From contig NC_135898.1 of assembly GCF_964194155.1 (NCBI RefSeq), positions 60,760,001 through 60,824,000 on the forward strand: a DNA stretch of 64,000 nucleotides. Reading direction: 5' to 3'. Source of the stretch: Cetorhinus maximus (taxonomy: Eukaryota). The translations under genes were made by a program, and so were the position numbers. This document shows positions 36,877 to 49,816 of this stretch, piece by piece; the stretch's first letter is position 1, and the number at the start of each line of letters is the position of its first letter. The notes under the pieces were generated by a model. It saw nothing but the letters and a program-made list of their open reading frames with translations. It was not told the origin of the DNA and did no database searches.

Positions 36877-38060
36877 ATGGAGCTTGGTGAACTAGCTGTA
36901 TGCCCGATGGCCCACAGAGAGCGAAGACGATGGGGGAGAAAGTGATTGAGGCTCCTGGCTGTGCAGAGGCAGCAGCAGTAACCTCAAGAAGAGCAGCTGG
37001 GGCTCCTACATACGCCGCCAAAGAGCCACAGTGACCCGTCACTGGTCAGCGCTTAGCAACACCCATTCCTGCAGATGACTGAGAACCAGTATCACCGAAG
37101 ACTGTGCATGTCTAGGGAACTGGTCGTTCAATCTGCCAGCTACTGGAGAATTTGGCACATGGGGACATGGAGGGTATCCACTGCCAGTGGCCCTGAAAGT
37201 GACCGCAGCACTCAATTTCTATGCCAGTGGCTCCGTTCGGGGCTCCACAGGTGACCTCTGTGGGATCTCACAAGCCTCCACCCACAAATGCATCCATGAG
37301 GTCACGGATGCCATCTTCACGAGGGCACACTACTTTGTCCATTTCACCTGGGACCAGGACAGCCAGGATGCAAGAGCGATTGGATTTGCCCAGATCTTGG
37401 GTTTCCCACAGGTGCAGGGTGCTATCGACTGTACTCACATGGTGCTCAGATCTCTGTCGCAACACATGATGAACTACATCAACTGCAAAGGTTTCCATTC
37501 ACTGAATGTGCAGCTGGTGTGCGACCACCACAAACGCATCCTGCAGGTCTGCACATGGTTTCCAGGGAGCGTGCACGATGCTTACATCCTCAGTCAGTCA
37601 CAGATCCCTGAAGTCTTCCAGGGTCTACAGAAGCTGCAGGGATGGATCCTTGGGGACAAGGGCTACCCACTGATGACACCCGTGCGGCGGCCTCAGACTG
37701 CAGCAGAGTGATGGTATAATGAGGCTCATGCTGCAGCTTGCAACTCGTTGGAGCAGACCATCGGGATGTTGAAGGTGAAGTTCTGGTGCCTGGACCGGTC
37801 AGATGGAGCCCTGAAATATAGTCCACAGAGGGTGTCATGCATCGTCGTCATCTGCTAAGCCTTTTACAACCTGGCACTGCAACGGGTAGGCGAGCTGGCT
37901 GAGGAGATGTAGGAACTGGAGGTCTCCTCTGATGAGAAAGACGCTGATGGGGATGAGGGTGAGGAGTCCTTGGAGGCAACGATGACGGGGATGAGGCCCT
38001 CGCACTGGCTAGATGAGGCAGGCTGCTAGACTCATGGAGGATGATGATGACATGCAGTGA
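36877..38060 (+). pseudogene. Harbinger DDE transposase pseudogene (family B) with a probable 5'-UTR intron (35989-36858)
   Basis: ALNFYASGS, QGAIDCTH, CKGFHSLNVQLVCD, FPGSVHDAYIL, ILGDKGYP, LEQTIGMLK. TATA-like CATAAAAG at 35941, donor GAG|GTGAGT, acceptor CCTGCAG. Stops and frameshifts present. Confidence 0.9.
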
Positions 38061-38769
38061 GGTGACCCCATAGATCCTCACATTGCATCTGTGAATGTTT
38101 GACTCCAGTCTGGCTTATGGCAGGGCGCATACCCTCTGTGATAATGCTCCTGTCATGCAGATGCAGTGGAGGCCCTAATAGTCACTCGATTGCAGGTGGT
38201 TGACATGCAGTGAGGACACTCCATAGATCTTCACATAGCCTCTGAAAATGTCTGACTCCTGTTTGGCTGACGGCAGCTCGCTTGCGCTCTGTGATCAGGG
38301 TGATATCATAGAGACGCAGCCATGAAACCTTAGAAGCATCTGATCCTTTGTCTGCCTTCAGCACCTGAGTCCTTCAGGAGCACAGCATCACTGGTCACAG
38401 ATACTGAATAGATTGGGACCAGCTCCACCTTAAAGGTGCTGAGAGCACACAGAGAGAATAAGAGAACTCTGTGGTGCCTGCCCACTACATTCTGGCAGCA
38501 ATGACAAGCACCGCCGAGGTGCAGGCATCAGTAATGTGTCCAGGAAGTGTGAGGCTGGACCATCATTTTTGTCTGAAGGCTGCACAAAGCACAGGGAAGA
38601 TGCCCTGGACTGAGACAGCTGCCTTTATCTTGTGCAAAAAGGTTTCACATCTGAGTGACAAGAACACTGCTCATCAGAACAAGGAGCCTTGGGCAGGGAG
38701 ACATACTTGGGAGTATATTGACATTAGTGAACAGTATGTACAAGTGATTAACACCCATGCTCAGGCTAT

Positions 38770-40066
38770 GCAACTACATTTTCTGAACTTTCCTAACCCT
38801 GCCGTAACATCTTGATGCTCCCTGGACATCCACAGTGGAGGTGGAGGCAGCCTACTGGCTGCCACGCCCTGTCTGTGATGATCTTGACGGGCGTCCTCTG
38901 GAGGGCTGAGACTTGGAGGGCCCTGGCCTGCTTTCGGGGTCCTGCTGTGTGGCAGTGGCACCCTCCTTGATCTGTGGAGCTGGAGCTGAAATGGCCACAG
39001 CAACTGTGACATGACCGAGTCCAGAGGCTCGTCATCTGACTCGGACACAGTAAATCTCTGGCCTCCAGTAGTCCCCTGAGTGGCAGAAACCTAGGAAGTC
39101 CCTGCCGCCGCCTGCTGTGGATCAGAAAGTGTGGTGTGCTCACCACATTGTGATCCCCAGGCTATTCTAAAGGTAAGTCCCACCGAGGTGTGTGCCTCTG
39201 CGCTGTGGAGGGTGTGGGTGAGCGCTGTGATGGGACTTCAAGGAGGGTGCCTCCAGATTCCTCTTCCGACGTGTCTTCAGAGCTTGACTGGAGGCCCTGG
39301 GTCATGGACTCTCTTGGCAGTTTCCCAGATGTGCCTGCGGAAGCAAGGGGAGATAATTAGTGCGTGGCAGTATCCTGTGAAACAGAGCACATCAGTCTCA
39401 GCATGGTCATCTGATGGATGTTGCACTGCTGGATCCTTACTTGGTAGAGCAGCACCGACCTTACCGTCAGCGCATTACCAGTCCAGAGCATGGCCGGCCA
39501 GCTGGATGGCTCTGTTTTCAACATCAGTGAGGACCTTGATCTCAGGCATTCGGCCACCGGTCTGTGACCTCTCCCTCTTGTTGTGTGCCAGCTTGTCCTG
39601 CACGAATAGAGATGGACAGAGTGTAAGCAGGATGCCTGCCAGGCCAGATGATAAGTACACCTGGCCTGTGTGGGTGGTGAGTGGTCCTATGGACGGGATG
39701 AGGACAATGGCAGTGTGAGTGAGGGAGTGCATGGTGATGTCCCTTGAGCTGGCAGTGAGCAAGGGCCCTGTGGATGTGTGGTGGGTTTGTGAGTGTGTGA
39801 GTTGATGGTGATGATAAAAGTGACTTGGCGGAACGAAAGAGATCATTCATCCTCTCGTGGCACTGGGTGGCTGTCCTCTTTTAAAGGGCGTTGGCATTGA
39901 CCACCACTGTCACCATCTCCCAAGCCGGATTAATGTGGTTGCTGCCCATCCTGCAGCCAGAATGGGGGTGTAGGACATGCTGGTGGGACTCCACTGCGTC
40001 AAAAAGGTGTTCCAGAGATCTGTCGCTGAAGCGGGGGGCTGCAGTCTTTTTGCCTTTCAGGACCAT
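38770..40066 (-). pseudogene. Myb/SANT-like gene of family B, spliced, with an internal deletion in the last exon
   Basis: MVLKGKKTAAPRFSDRSLEHLFDAV…PAWEMVTVVVNANAL*KRTATQCHERMNDL. Exon 2 QDKLAHNKRERSQTGGRMPEIKVLTDVENRAIQLAG. Confidence 0.85.
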
Positions 40067-42821
40067 CCTGTCTTCCTTGGAGCAGTCGTGGTCTGGAAGC
40101 ACTGAGATATGTGCTTTAAATATGATGCCCGGTGTGATGAAGCGGCAAGGTGATGGCGGGCAGGCAAATGAGAGCCCGCTCACCATCGAAACGGCGCATT
40201 TCCCGGGAGTGCATAAATAATGTGGCAGGTTTGGGTCAATACAGCGTAAAAACCAGCTTTTGCAGCTGGTGGGTAAAATGTCAATTTACCCGCTCGCTAC
40301 CACACTTGTGCAAATCTGGGACGATTCCACCCAGGGAATCTCTAGAGGGAAAATCACTGCAAGAGACTCAAATACATTTAGTAGGAAACTGAGAAGCAAA
40401 AGAAATTACTAAAATACGAGGCCAATTTTAAGAGAATCTGCTAAGATAATCACGCCCGTTAAAGAAAAGCAAAATGGAAAGATGGCAATTGTCTTCTATC
40501 AGCCACAGGCACAAACCTTTGACACAAACAACTTTATGTAGTTGAATGCAGACAAGATTTTACATTCTTAAATGTATTCCCCTGCATTCCTCCACATTAT
40601 CTTAATTCCAGGCATGTGGAAATCTTGAAAGAAGCATCTCAAAACTCTTCATTATTGCTTTCTTCTCTTGTGTTGCCACTGGAAACCATTTTCCTTACAA
40701 TCTGTTGGAATGTTTCCGTTTCCCTTCCCTACCCATTGTGGGGCAAGAAAAATACATTTCCAGTGAAAACTCAGCCTTAGACCAATAAAATGCATATTTG
40801 AAGACATTTTACTTTGGAGGTTTTTAGTATTTGGCATAAATCACTACAGAAAACTTGCATCAACACAAAATGTTTATAATATCCATAGCCTTTTATTTCA
40901 ATCGTAATGTTATATAAACTGATATAAGTAGAATAATTGATTCTGGATCACAGGCTATGCCATCATAGAAGTATGTTGTTAGTGAAGAGCCACCAACCCA
41001 ACATATTCATCATGCTTAATTTGTCGGCTTCTAATACTTTGGTAACTGTAGTTTTCAGTAATGCAAATAAATATGGCAAGCTCTGGCAATAGTTCTTTAT
41101 AGTAATGGTTGTGTCTGCAGCTTACATACAGTATTATGAATATTACACAATACACAGGCAAATATAATAGATATAGTATATTGTTGATTGTAAATTTCCA
41201 TTGTTTATGAAATGAGTGTTATTTGTTGTCATTTCACTGTGAAAATTATAAATGAAGGGAATTGCAATGCAGTTTATCACTTACATTTATACTGTATGAA
41301 GAACAGTAACCTGGGAAGACATCATTCCTGTTTTGAATTAATTGGAATTTCTGTAAAAGCAATAATAAAATAAATATGTTTTTTCAACAACTGCCTTTTA
41401 TTCCATTTATATTTGTAGGACCTTTTTGAATGATACTGTGCTCTGACCTAGGGGGTGTGTGATAACTGAAAGCGTTTGCTAAGTGTCACATAGGATGTAA
41501 ATCAGTATTAGTAAAACAGACAGTTGACAGTTTCACAACAAAACCAGCTGCACATAAGAGGCTTTGAATTGAATAGGCACCAAAAACCTCCTTAAATGCA
41601 ATGTGCTATGGTTTGGGGTTTTTATTTTATGTGGTTTTCCAGCAGGTACTGGTATATGGTGCAGTTCAAACTTCAGGACATGCTAATATGTTCAACATTA
41701 GTAGCAGGGGATGAAAATGCAGTTCAGCCAAGGGAAAATAATTACAGCAATAATAAGTGTAATTCATAGTAATGGCTCAGTTGAATTTCACACCATAGCT
41801 CAAAGCACTTAGATTTAATTAATGTAGTTTTCGCTGGTCTACTAAAAAGGTTTTTAGCAGAAAATTGATAATGTAACTACAGCGTTTCTTATTGTGAATG
41901 CAATTATTTCTGTAAAAGCAGTAATAAAACAAGAATATTACGGGGCTGCGTGTGCATATATCTGCGAGAGGCTGTTTGTGATGCTCTGTGGGTCTGCAGA
42001 ATGTTTATGCATGTGTGTTTCCCAGACGGTTTAATTAGGCCTGAACTTGACTGAATTTTGTAAAATATACAAATGATTCAACATCAATTAGAATAAACCT
42101 CCTAGCTCCTAAGCAGGATAATAATTCATTTACATCTGCAGGCTCCCATTAGATGACATCATGCATATGCAAAAGAGGTCAAAATGGAGCAAAACAGGTA
42201 ATAAAATGAAGGACTGATTATTTTATCAATTTAAAAATCAATTATGATACACAGCCCTATTCATCTCATTAGTGCATAGTTGTTGTGCCTGTAGATTTTG
42301 GTGTCTTGTCCAGGTCTCCAGTGAGGATCATTTCCTTTTCTCGATGTGTGTTGCAACATTCAAAGCAATTGTGGCAAGATTTCCTTGAGGTGGTTTCTAT
42401 GGAGAAATGTTAAACATTTAAAAACAACATGTTTACAATTTGGCTAATTATACTGAGCAGATTTATTTTTCTGTATTTGTTTACAAATTTACTTGGATAA
42501 TTCCATGACAGGTGCCCAATTGCACGTTGGGCATCCGTTGTTTTTTTATTATAGGCTGCAGAGGCCTAAGATCAGCTTACTCTTGTGTGGGCAATGAACA
42601 CTGTTGGTCCTGGTGAGTTCAGCGCAGGGACCACATTATCTGTCTGAGGTGAGAAGAGAAAATGATTTCCACAGTTTTAATGTAATGTTGTGAGAATGCT
42701 GCATTTTATTTTTCAGTCTCGGTCATTTTGTGAATACAGGTGGAATCTGTCATTTTTGTTTGGAGTCATGCTCAACAAATTTCTCCAGCAATACTTTCCT
42801 CTCCTAATTTTGCTGAAAGGA

Positions 42822-43848
42822 TTATTGGCTACCCCTGCTGGCGAGGATGATTGTCTTCCATGAGTCCAGAGATGGCTGATGAGGCTGATTCAGGATCTGC
42901 AGACTTTATGGCACATAGGACATTTGTTGTCATAGGGGATTGTCTGATCATGTATTTTTAGTTCGGGTCGTGGCATGTTCTTTTCGCCGCTCTCGTTTTT
43001 CCCCTTCATTTTGTCGCCGTTGGGTCTCAAAATGCCGGGATCCCTCCCACAGACTCTGCCGCCATCTGGTTCGGTCCAGGGTGATGTCAATGTTGCATTT
43101 CTTTCATGTTGGCTTTCAGCACCTCCTTGAAGTGCTTTTTCTGTCCTCCTCTGGTGCGCCTGCCCTGATTGAATTGGGAGAAGAAGACTTACTTTGGGAA
43201 CTGATATCTGAGATCTGAACCATATGACCAACCCAACGAAGCTGATGGCGGATGATCATAGCCTCAATGCTTGTGGTACCTGCTTGTGAGGGGACACTGA
43301 TGCTGATGCGTCTGTCCTCCCACTTAATATGTAAGATTTTCCACAGGCAGTCCACTGGATGACTCCAGTGCTTTGAGGTGCCTCCTATATGTTGTCCATG
43401 TTTCAGCTCTGTACAGTAAGGTAGGGATCACAACCGCATAGTGGACCATGAGCTAAGTTTCAGTTTTGATGTCACAATCTTTAGACACTCGCTTCCTCAG
43501 GTGGCCAAAGGCTACATCAGCAGATTTCAAGCGATGCTGAATTTCTTTGTCAATGTCAGCCTTCTGTGAATGATAACTTCAAAGGTTCTGGAAGTGTTCC
43601 ACATTTCCTAGGCACACGTCATGAATTCTAATCAGTGGGGCTGGGGAGTTTTCATTTGGAGCTTGCTGATGGAGGACTTTGGTCTTCTGAATGTTGAGTG
43701 TAATTCCCATCTTCTCGTATGCTTCAGTAAATACATTGACGAATCTATGGCGATCCGTTTCCGACACAGCACTTACTGCAGCATCATCAGCGTGTTGGAG
43801 TTCAATGACTGAGGTCGGGATCGTCTTGGTTTTTGATTGGAGGATACA
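42822..43848 (-). mobile_element. 5'-truncated RTE-clade LINE (different family from 26602-28104)
   Basis: ELQHADD, GITLNIQKTKVLHQ, AFGHLRKRV, TLLYRAETWT, ILHIKWEDR, HQLRWVGH, and C-terminal CPMCHKVCRS zinc finger. Confidence 0.88.
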
Positions 43849-44266
43849 AAAAACTGAAAGGATGTAAGTGCATAAAAGGAGAGTTAGTTCCTGTTCTTCA
43901 TCTATAAATCCTCCTGTGACCTTGTCTTGCTCTATCTTTGCAACTTTCTGCAGCTGTATCCTCCTGAACCCTTTAGTCCTCTAACTCCAGTTTTCCATGT
44001 AGTCTTCTTGTTGTTGCTGTTGCTCCATCTATAGCAAAACTATCTGCTGCCTTGGTGTTTTGCCTTTCTGCATCTTTAAAAGCTTCTTCAGCAGACATGT
44101 CTTTGACCTTGCTTCTCCTCCTTTTCCTGGTTTAGTGATTTTTTATATAAGGTATATTTGCATAGCACCTTGGGCAAGGTAATGTACTGTTGATGAAGCT
44201 CAATTTTGTCTGTTTTGAGGGTACAGCCATATTTACTGTTCCTCCTGAAAGAGAAAAAAACATAAG

Positions 44267-47200
44267 GGAGGTGGTGATGTATTGTCACTGGTCTAGTAAT
44301 CCAGCGACTCTGGATAATGCTCTGGGGGCCGAGTTTGAATCCCACCATGGCAGATGGTGGAAATTGAATTCAATAAAAATCTGGGCCTAAATTTTACCTT
44401 TGGTGGGGGTACCTGATCGACAGGCCCAGGAGCAGTCGGGAAACGGACCGCGATCGCTCAAATGCTCAGTGCTGCCGGGGTGGGGGCAGGAAGAGGGCAG
44501 ATGACAATGTCACTGCGGGCTTGGGTGAGTGCTGTGAGAAAGCTCCCTGAAGGCAGGCAGCTGCGTCAGGGAGCTGCAGACCTGAAAATCATCAAATAAA
44601 GGCTTAAAAAGCTGAAAAAAATGTCCATGCATCACAATCACCTGAAAATATCACTGATAAAAAAGCTGCCCCCAGATATTTATTTTAATTTTATTACAAA
44701 ATGGAAATTTCATCCCGCCCTTGGATGAGATTTGATGAAAAATGCAAAGTCCACCTGGCCAATTTGCCTATCGTTGGACAGACCACGGAAAATTGGAGAC
44801 AATTGCGCCGTTAATTGGCTTCATTGCCCTCTTAATTGTTGGTGGGCACGCTTCCGCCCTTTGCGCACACCCACCGAGCAAAATCTTGCGCGAGTGTGCG
44901 ATGACGTTGGGACGCTCGCCCAATGTCTTCTCGTGTGATTTTACGATGGATCGGGTCAGGTGCGCGCCTACCCGCAGGACATAAAATTCAGCCCCTGGAA
45001 TGAAAGTCGAATGATGACCATGAAACCACTGTCGATTGTAGTAAAAACCCATCTGGTTTGCTAATGTCCTTCAGAGAAGGAAATCTGCTGTCCTTACCTG
45101 GTCTGGCCTACATGTTACTCCAGACCCACAGCAATGTAGCTGATTCTTAAATGCCCTCTGAAATGGCCCAGCAAGCCACTCAGTTGTACCAAACTGCGAC
45201 AAAACCGCAAAAAAGGAATGAAACCGGATGGACCACCCGGCATCGACCTAGGCATGGAAACGACAATGCCAAACTCAGCCTTATCGACCCTGCAAAGCTC
45301 ACCTTACTAACATCTGGGGGATAGTGCCAAAATTGAGACAGCTGTCTCACAGACTAATAAAGCAACAGCCTGCCATAGTCATCCTCACGGAATCATATCT
45401 TACAGATAATGCCCCAGACGCCACCATCACCATCCCTGGGTATGTCCTGTCCCACCAGCAGGACAGACACAGCAGAGGTGGCGGCACAGTGGTATACAGC
45501 CGGGAGGGAGTTGCCCTGGGAATCCTCAGCATCGACTCCGGACCCCATGAAGTCCCATGGTATCAGGTCAAACATGGGCAAGGAAACCTCCTGCGATTGC
45601 CATGTACTGCCCTCCCTCAGCTGATGAATCAGTGCTCCTCCATGTTAAACACAACTTGGAGGAAGCACTGAGGGTGGCAAAGGCGCAGAATGTACTCTGG
45701 GTGGAGGACTTCAATGTCCATCATCAAGAGTGACTCGGTAGCACCACTACTGACTGAGCTGGCCGAGACCTAAAGGACATGGCTGCTAGACTGGGTCTGT
45801 GGCAGGTGGTGAAGAAACCAACAAGGGAGAGAAATATGCTTGACCTCATCCTCACCTACCTGCCCGTCGCAGATGCTTCTGTCCATGATAGTATTGGTAG
45901 GAGTGACCACCGCACAGTTGTTGTGGAGACGAAGTCCCACCTTCACATTGAGGATACCCTCCATCGTATTGTGTGGCACTACCACCATGCTAAATGGGAT
46001 AGATTTTGAATAGATCCTGCAACTCAAGACTGGGCATCCATGAGGCGCTGTGGGCCATCAGCAGCAGCAGAATTGTACTCAAACACAATCTGTAACCTCA
46101 TGGCCCAGCATATCCCCCACTCCACCATTACCATCAAGCCAGGGGATCAACCCTGGTTCAATGAAGAGTGCAGGAGGGCATGCCAGGAGCCATTTTTAGG
46201 TAGGCCTACCTAAAAATGAGGTGTCAACCTGGTGAAGCTACAACACGGGGCTACTTGCGTGACAAACAGCAAAAGCAGCAAGTGATAGACAGAGCTAAGC
46301 AATCCCATAGCCAACGGATCAGATCTAAGCTCTGCAGTCCAGCCACATCCAGTCGTGAATGGTGGTGGACAATTAAACAACTCACTGGAGAAGGAGGCTC
46401 CACAAATATCCCCATCTTCAATGATGGGGGAGCCCAGCACATTAGTGCAAAAGATAAGGCTGAAGCATTTGATACATTCTTCAGCCAGAAGTGCCGAGTG
46501 GATGATATCTTGGCCTCCTCTGGAGGTCCCCAGCATTACAGATGCCAGTCTTCAGCCAATTTAATTCACTCCACGTGATATCAAGAAACAGCTGAAGGCA
46601 TTGGATAGTGCAAAGGCTATGGGCCCTGCCAATATTCCAGCAATAGTGCTGAAGACTTGTGCTCCAGAACTTGCTGTGCCCCTAACAAAGCTGTCCCAGT
46701 ACAGCTACAACACTGGCATCTACCCGGCAGTGTGGAAAATTGCCCAGATATGTCCTGTACACAAAGAGCAGGAAAAATCCAACCCGGTAAATTACCGCCC
46801 CATCAGTCAACTCTCCATCATCAGTAAAGAAATGGAAGGGGTCATCAACAGTGCTATCAAGTGGCACTTGCTTAGCAATAACCTGCTCAGTGAAGCCCAG
46901 TTTGGGTTCTGCCAGGGCCACTCAGCTCCTGAACTCATTACAGCATTGGTTCAAACATGGGCAAGAGAGCTGAACTCCCAAGGTGAGTTGAGAGTGACTG
47001 TCCTTGACATCAAGGCATCATTTGACCGAGTTTGACATCAAGGAACCCCAGCAAAACTGGAGTCAATGGCAATCAGGGGAAAACTCTCCACTGATTGGAG
47101 TTATACCGAGCAGAAAGGAAAGATGATTGTGGTTGTTGGAGGTCAGTCATCTCAGCTCCAGGACATCACAGCAGGAGTTCCTCAGGGTGGTGTACTCGGC

Positions 47201-48155
47201 CCAACCATCTTCAGCTGCTTCATCGATGACCTTCCTTTCATCATAAGGTCAGAAGTGGGGATGTTTGCTGATGGTTGCAGAATGTTCAGCGTTATTCATG
47301 ACTCCTCAGGTACTGAAGCACTCCATGTCCAAATGCAGCAAGATCTGAACACTATCCAGTCTTGGGCTGACAAGTGGCAAGTAACATTGGCACCACACAA
47401 GTGCCAGGCAATGACCATCTCCAACCAGAGAAGATCTAACCATCGCCCCTTGACATTCAATGGCATTATCATCACTGAGTCCCCAAATATCAACACCTGG
47501 GGGATACCATTGACCAGAAACTGAGATGGACTAGCCATATAAATACTGTGGCTACAAGAACAGGTCAGAGGCTAGGAATCTTGCGATGAGTAACTTATCT
47601 CCTGACTCCCCAAAGCCTGTCTACCATCTACAAGGCACAAGTCAGGAGTGTGATAGAATACTCCCCACTTGCCTGGATGAGTGCACCTCCCACAACACTC
47701 AAGAAGCTTGACACCGTCCAGGACGAAGCAGCCCGCTTGATTGGCACCACATCCACAAACATTCTCTCCCTCCACCACCGAAGCACAGTAGCAGCAGTGT
47801 GTGCCATTTACAAAGTGCACTGCAGGAATTCACCAAGGCTCCTTCAACAGCACCTTCCAAACCTACACCACTACCATCTAGAAGGACAAGGACAGCAGAT
47901 AGATGGGAACACCTCCACCTGGAAGTTCCCCTCCACATCACTCACCATCCTGACTTGGAAATATAGCACTATTCCTTCACTGTTGCTGGATCAAAATCCT
48001 GGAACTCCCTTCCTAACTAAACTGTGGGTATACCTACACCACATGGACTGCAGCGGTTTAAGAAAGCAGCTCACCAGTACCTTCTCAAGGGGAACTAGGG
48101 ATGGGCAATAAATGCTGGCCCAGCCAGTGACACCCACATCTTGTGAATGAACAAA
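44267..48155 (+). mobile_element. Full-length single-ORF CR1-group LINE with a tRNA-like 5' head, decayed
   Basis: tRNA-like head at 44267-44347. Probable ORF start at 45163 (MAQQATQ…). APE and RT motifs (NIWG, IVILTES, GDFN, SDH, NYRPIS, GVPQGGVLGP, FADG). Possible TSD ATAAG (44262-44266, 48156-48160). Confidence 0.92.
44384..44994. mobile_element. Harbinger MITE inserted in the LINE 5' UTR
   Basis: TIRs GGCCTAAATTTTA / TAAAATTCAGCCC with an exact CTG TSD. The empty site AATAAAAATCTGGAATTAAAAG is seen at 25021-25042. Confidence 0.9.
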
Positions 48156-48321
48156 ATAAGTAGGTCGTAGCTGTCACACATCATACACTCTCAGCAGGAC
48201 AAGCACCATGGAAGGAAACGTTAACAGCTCCAATACAGAACTATTACTGACCTAAAGTGAATGCAGATTCTTTGAAATGTAGACTTGTTTGCTGAAGAGC
48301 CATATTAATATAGAAGGTAGT

Positions 48322-48610
48322 GGGGTATAGCTGTGGCTCAGTTGGTAGCACACTTACTTCTAAATCACAAGGTTCTGGGTTGAAGTCTCACTCCAGTCCT
48401 GAACACATAAAATCAAGGCTGATGGTCCAGTGCAGTACTGAGGGAGTGCAACACTGTCAGAGGTGCTGTCTTTCAGATGAGACATTAAACCGAGGTGCCA
48501 TCTGTAAAAGATCCCATGGTATTATATCAAAGAAGAGCAGGGGAGGATTGTTCTGGCCAATATCTATCTATCAGTCAACATCACAAAAAACAGACTATCT
48601 GGTCATTATT
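48322..48610 (+). mobile_element. tRNA-derived Deu-domain SINE (SacSINE1-like)
   Basis: A box TGGCTCAGTTGG, B box GGTTGAAGTC, and Deu-like core GTCTTTCAGATGAGACATTAAACCGAGG…TAAAAGATCCCATGG…GAAGAGCAGGG. Confidence 0.8.
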
Positions 48611-49249
48611 AGATTTTCACCACATTTATAAATGTTGGTGGAATATGGATGTTAGTCTGTGATACTGGCACAACCAAGATAAGGAGGCAGAATATAAAGA
48701 TCAGGCAGAGTGTGGCTGTTCATGCAGGAAAATTTGCATGTAACTAAAAGCAAAATTAAATGGTAACATTATGCAATGTATAGTAGTCACAGATAATTTT
48801 TAACATATTATAAAGGCTATAAAGCAGTAGAACTCTGATCTCTCTAAACATTGGAATCGCTGCTTCAGCAGACCAATTGTACGTTTGCAAGAATTTGGAA
48901 GGAAGCTTGAGCATTGCTATATTTGCATTCCAGTTCTGATTGGGAGTTTCTCAAAGGTTTAATATGTCAATGCCTTGGTAGGTATTGTTGATCCCCTAGC
49001 AGCCAACATTCCAGTCTGCCTGTTCCTTTATATAATGTAACACAGTGAACAGCCAGAAAATGAAGGGATCATGGGTGTTGCCAGGGTTTCTTACTTTTAC
49101 TCTGTTCTTGTGGAATGAATATTGTTCCTATCCATTTGTTCCACAGAATGTTACTGAGGATCCTGATGGCTCCATGTTCATTACCAGTGAGGTCCTCCTC
49201 TTGGGGAAAGAGTTGGGTCCACTCATGCTACCTCCTCTTTTACAAGAGG

Positions 49250-49804
49250 CAAACAATGAAAGTTCTCCAGCAAACAAAACATCTGTTATTTGTTTCATGC
49301 ATTGATTCACTAAAGGCTGAGTAATGTAGCAAATGTCACCAGTCATGGCTTGAATAAAATCTGGCTGCATACAACTCTAATGCTGTGGGCACCTGTGGAG
49401 GATTGGGTCTCAGGCTCAAACAGATGACAAAACTTGTAAGGAGGGGGCTATTCCATTTTTAGACTCACTGTGCACCCTCTGCCCAGTATAAGCTGAGTGC
49501 CCAGCCAAAGATGAACCCAGCAGGTAAGTGCTCTTCCCCACCCGTTAAAAATAACCTGGGCCATTGACCCATTGGGTTCCTTCCATGGAAAAGGGACACT
49601 TCCATCCCGAATCTACCTTCATGTCACGATAGGCTTGAAGGATGGTGGGCCACCCAATATTGGGATGGCGTGGAGATGCCCGGTGCTCGTTTTCCATGTA
49701 TAGTCCACTGGCTATGTGGTATTACAGGTTCACTTTGACCAGCCTAGCGTGAACTACTGGTCAGTCACCTGATAGCTTAAATCTATTACATAAAATGCTT
49801 CCCC
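49250..49804 (-). pseudogene. Very old Harbinger transposase remnant
   Basis: FIQAMTGDICYITQPLVNQCMKQITDVLFA resembles the SFQ..GD.CGISQ…VTDAIFA helix-turn-helix region; TALELYAA precedes it in another frame; weak TIR-like end at 49804. Confidence 0.55.
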
Positions 49805-49816
49805 TTAAAATACAAC

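Larger units (their letters stand above)
35663..40332. mobile_element. Near-full-length, decayed PIF/Harbinger transposon, family B
   Basis: Imperfect TIRs GGGCGAAATTTTCC / GGACGATTCCACCC. Convergent transposase (+) and Myb-like (-) genes. TSD not clean (ACT vs AGG). Confidence 0.9.

Noticed and set aside
36877-38060. Domesticated HARBI1/NAIF1-type host gene
   Set aside because: Multiple stops and frameshifts, TIR-bounded and multicopy in the window, so these are transposon relics.
44267-44347. Bona fide tRNA-Thr gene
   Set aside because: D arm degenerate, oversized variable region, no T-run terminator, and contiguous with the LINE body.
48322-48395. tRNA gene
   Set aside because: SINE head followed by the Deu core.
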